Origin: a virus
DNA length: 51,814 nt
Strand: one strand, 5' to 3'
Virus record (IMG/VR): IMGVR_UViG_3300021255_000032
Part shown: positions 50,353 through 51,814 of the stretch, piece after piece
Position numbering within the stretch: the stretch's first letter is position 1
Layout: every line of letters begins with the position of its first letter
The notes under the pieces: model-generated
The model's input: only the letters and a program-made list of their open reading frames with translations
What the model was told of the DNA's origin: nothing
Databases searched by the model: none
Position numbers and translations under genes: made by a program

Positions 50353-51814
50353 ATGGCAGGTGGCGAATGGGAGATTACAGACCTCCCCAAATTACCCGGA
50401 TTGTACATGAACTTCAAGGCGGCGGCATTGGCAACAGTCTCCACGGGCGACCGTGGGACGGTAGTTGTGCCGTATAAAGCGCATTGGGGCAAGGTAGGAG
50501 GCTTTACGGAGCTGTACAGGGAAACCGATATTTTGACCGTTTTCGGCAGTATCGAGGATACCAACGGCAGCACCTTCTACAAAACGCTTAGAATGTGTTG
50601 CCTTGGCAGCCCGAAAAAGATTCTCGGATACCGTCTTGCTTCCAGCGCAGCGGCAAAAGCCGCGCTGACGTTGAAGGACGGGGAGAATGCGGATAAGGTT
50701 ACTCTTTCCGCGAAGTACGAAGGCGAACGCGGGAACGCTTTCAAGGCAACTCTCGCAGCAAGCCTCACAGACGAAGGCGTTTATACGCTGAAACTCTACG
50801 AGAACACCACCCTTTTGAAAACGTATGAGTTCACGACCTGGCAGGGGCTTGTGGACGCAGTCAACGCTGATAACTCTTATGTAACGGCGGCAAAAGCGGC
50901 GGCAGACACCGACCTTAGCGGGAATACGTTCAAGATTGTTTCCTCGGCGGCCTTCACGGGCGGTAATTCCGGCATTACAGGAGTTACGGCGGCTGACTAT
51001 CTGGCCATGCTGAATGTGTTGGAGCAGGAAACCTTTAATATTCTGACCTTGGACGGCGTGACTGACCCCAGTATTCAGACTACCGTTGCAACGTGGGTTA
51101 AGAATATGCGTAAGAACGGCAAAAAGATTGTGGCCTTTATGGGCGGCAGCAAAGAGGACGATACCTGCGATGAAGCCGTTTCGCGCACGATTTCCCGCTC
51201 GGCAGGTTTCAACCACGAAGGCATTATCAACGTGGGCGTAGGCGTTGTTCTCGACGATGTTTCCTACTCCTCGGCAGAAGTCGCGCCCTATGCGGCCGGA
51301 TTGATGGCAGGGCAGAAAATGACCGAAAGCACCACCTACGCGGCAACGCCTTTCGACGATGTTACCCGCCGTTGGAAGGGCGGCAGAAGTTCGGAGCAGG
51401 AAAAGGCCGTGACTAATGGTGTATTCCTGTTTGTCTTTGATGGTCGTATCGTCAAGGTTCTGCAGGGCATTAACAGCCTTATCACCTTGCGGCAAGACCA
51501 GAATAACGCCTTCAAGAAAATCCGTAGCATTCGCACTATGGACGCTATCGACAGCGATATGCAGCAGACCGCCGAAGATAACTACATCGGCAAGATTAAC
51601 AACACCGAAGAAGGGCGACAGGCTTTAATCGGTGCTTGCAAGCAGTACATGGAGGTTTGCGCACAGGGCGGCATTATCGAAAAGGGTACGTATGATGTGT
51701 ATTGCGACCCCACCTACCACGGGGCGAACGCAACCATCAAGCCGGAGCCTGACCAGGTATTCCTCAAGTGGGAAGCTCAGGTTACAGATGTTGTCGAGAA
51801 GATTTTCTCGAATT
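50353..51814 (+). CDS. Tail sheath protein (XkdK-like), runs off the window end and continues at nt 1-121
   Basis: ATG 50353 after AAGGAGGA. I translated the frame by hand and it is open to the window end. Typical sheath segments include NILTLDGV, AFMGG and NGVFLFVFDGRIVKVLQGINSL. The ORF is absent from the ORF track, which shows only the antisense shadow ORF 50392..51495. Confidence 0.9.
   Translation, partial: MAGGEWEITDLPKLPGLYMNFKAAALATVSTGDRGTVVVPYKAHWGKVGGFTELYRETDILTVFGSIEDTNGSTFYKTLRMCCLGSPKKILGYRLASSAAAKAALTLKDGENADKVTLSAKYEGERGNAFKATLAASLTDEGVYTLKLYENTTLLKTYEFTTWQGLVDAVNADNSYVTAAKAAADTDLSGNTFKIVSSAAFTGGNSGITGVTAADYLAMLNVLEQETFNILTLDGVTDPSIQTTVATWVKNMRKNGKKIVAFMGGSKEDDTCDEAVSRTISRSAGFNHEGIINVGVGVVLDDVSYSSAEVAPYAAGLMAGQKMTESTTYAATPFDDVTRRWKGGRSSEQEKAVTNGVFLFVFDGRIVKVLQGINSLITLRQDQNNAFKKIRSIRTMDAIDSDMQQTAEDNYIGKINNTEEGRQALIGACKQYMEVCAQGGIIEKGTYDVYCDPTYHGANATIKPEPDQVFLKWEAQVTDVVEKIFSN
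51708..51814. repeat. Second copy of the 107-nt terminal repeat
   Basis: Identical to nt 1-107. Confidence 0.95.

Noticed and set aside
50392-51495. 367-aa minus-strand ORF, the only long ORF the track shows in this region
   Set aside because: It is antisense to the tail sheath ORF. The sheath ORF is open from ATG 50353 to the window end and is missing from the track only because its stop lies beyond the window, at nt 119-121 after circular closure.
1-51814. Search for CRISPR arrays, tRNA/tmRNA genes, rRNA, IS elements or transposase genes
   Set aside because: Reading the intergenic regions shows no regularly spaced repeat-spacer array, no cloverleaf-capable 70-90-nt segment and no transposase-like ORF. 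The only mobile-DNA enzymes are the serine integrase and the DGR RT.

Overview
The window is a complete, circularly closed genome of a temperate contractile-tailed phage. The unit length is 51707 bp, and nt 1-107 are identical to nt 51708-51814. It has a PBSX/Xkd-like tail module and Firmicutes-style AGGAGG ribosome-binding sites. Nearly all genes are on the + strand. In order they are: sheath (wraps the junction), tube, chaperone with a -1 frameshift, tape measure, baseplate and fibres (1-12198); a complete diversity-generating retroelement (DGR; 12221-15044); lysis genes (15047-17271); a promoter/terminator-bounded accessory island (17412-20458); a minus-strand lysogeny module (serine integrase, stand-alone MuF-domain paralog, CI-like repressor; 20461-22901); a divergent cro-like early operon with iterated operators; a recombination/replication module (Rad50-like ATPase, RecT, MBL nuclease, DnaD/DnaC-like, RusA); small unknown genes; an ArpU/RinA-like late regulator; an island of two radical SAM enzymes and two tandem ParB/Srx-like proteins (35115-39524); and packaging, head and head-tail joining genes (39552-50337). 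The strongest signals are three. First, the DGR: VR and TR differ at 12 positions, all of them TR adenines. Second, two intergenic elements that fold as type II hammerhead ribozymes, with a conserved core and compensatory stem changes; the ORF track does not explain them. Third, the uncharacterised radical-SAM/ParB island just upstream of the terminase. All functional names come from motif recognition and synteny read by eye. No database search was run.
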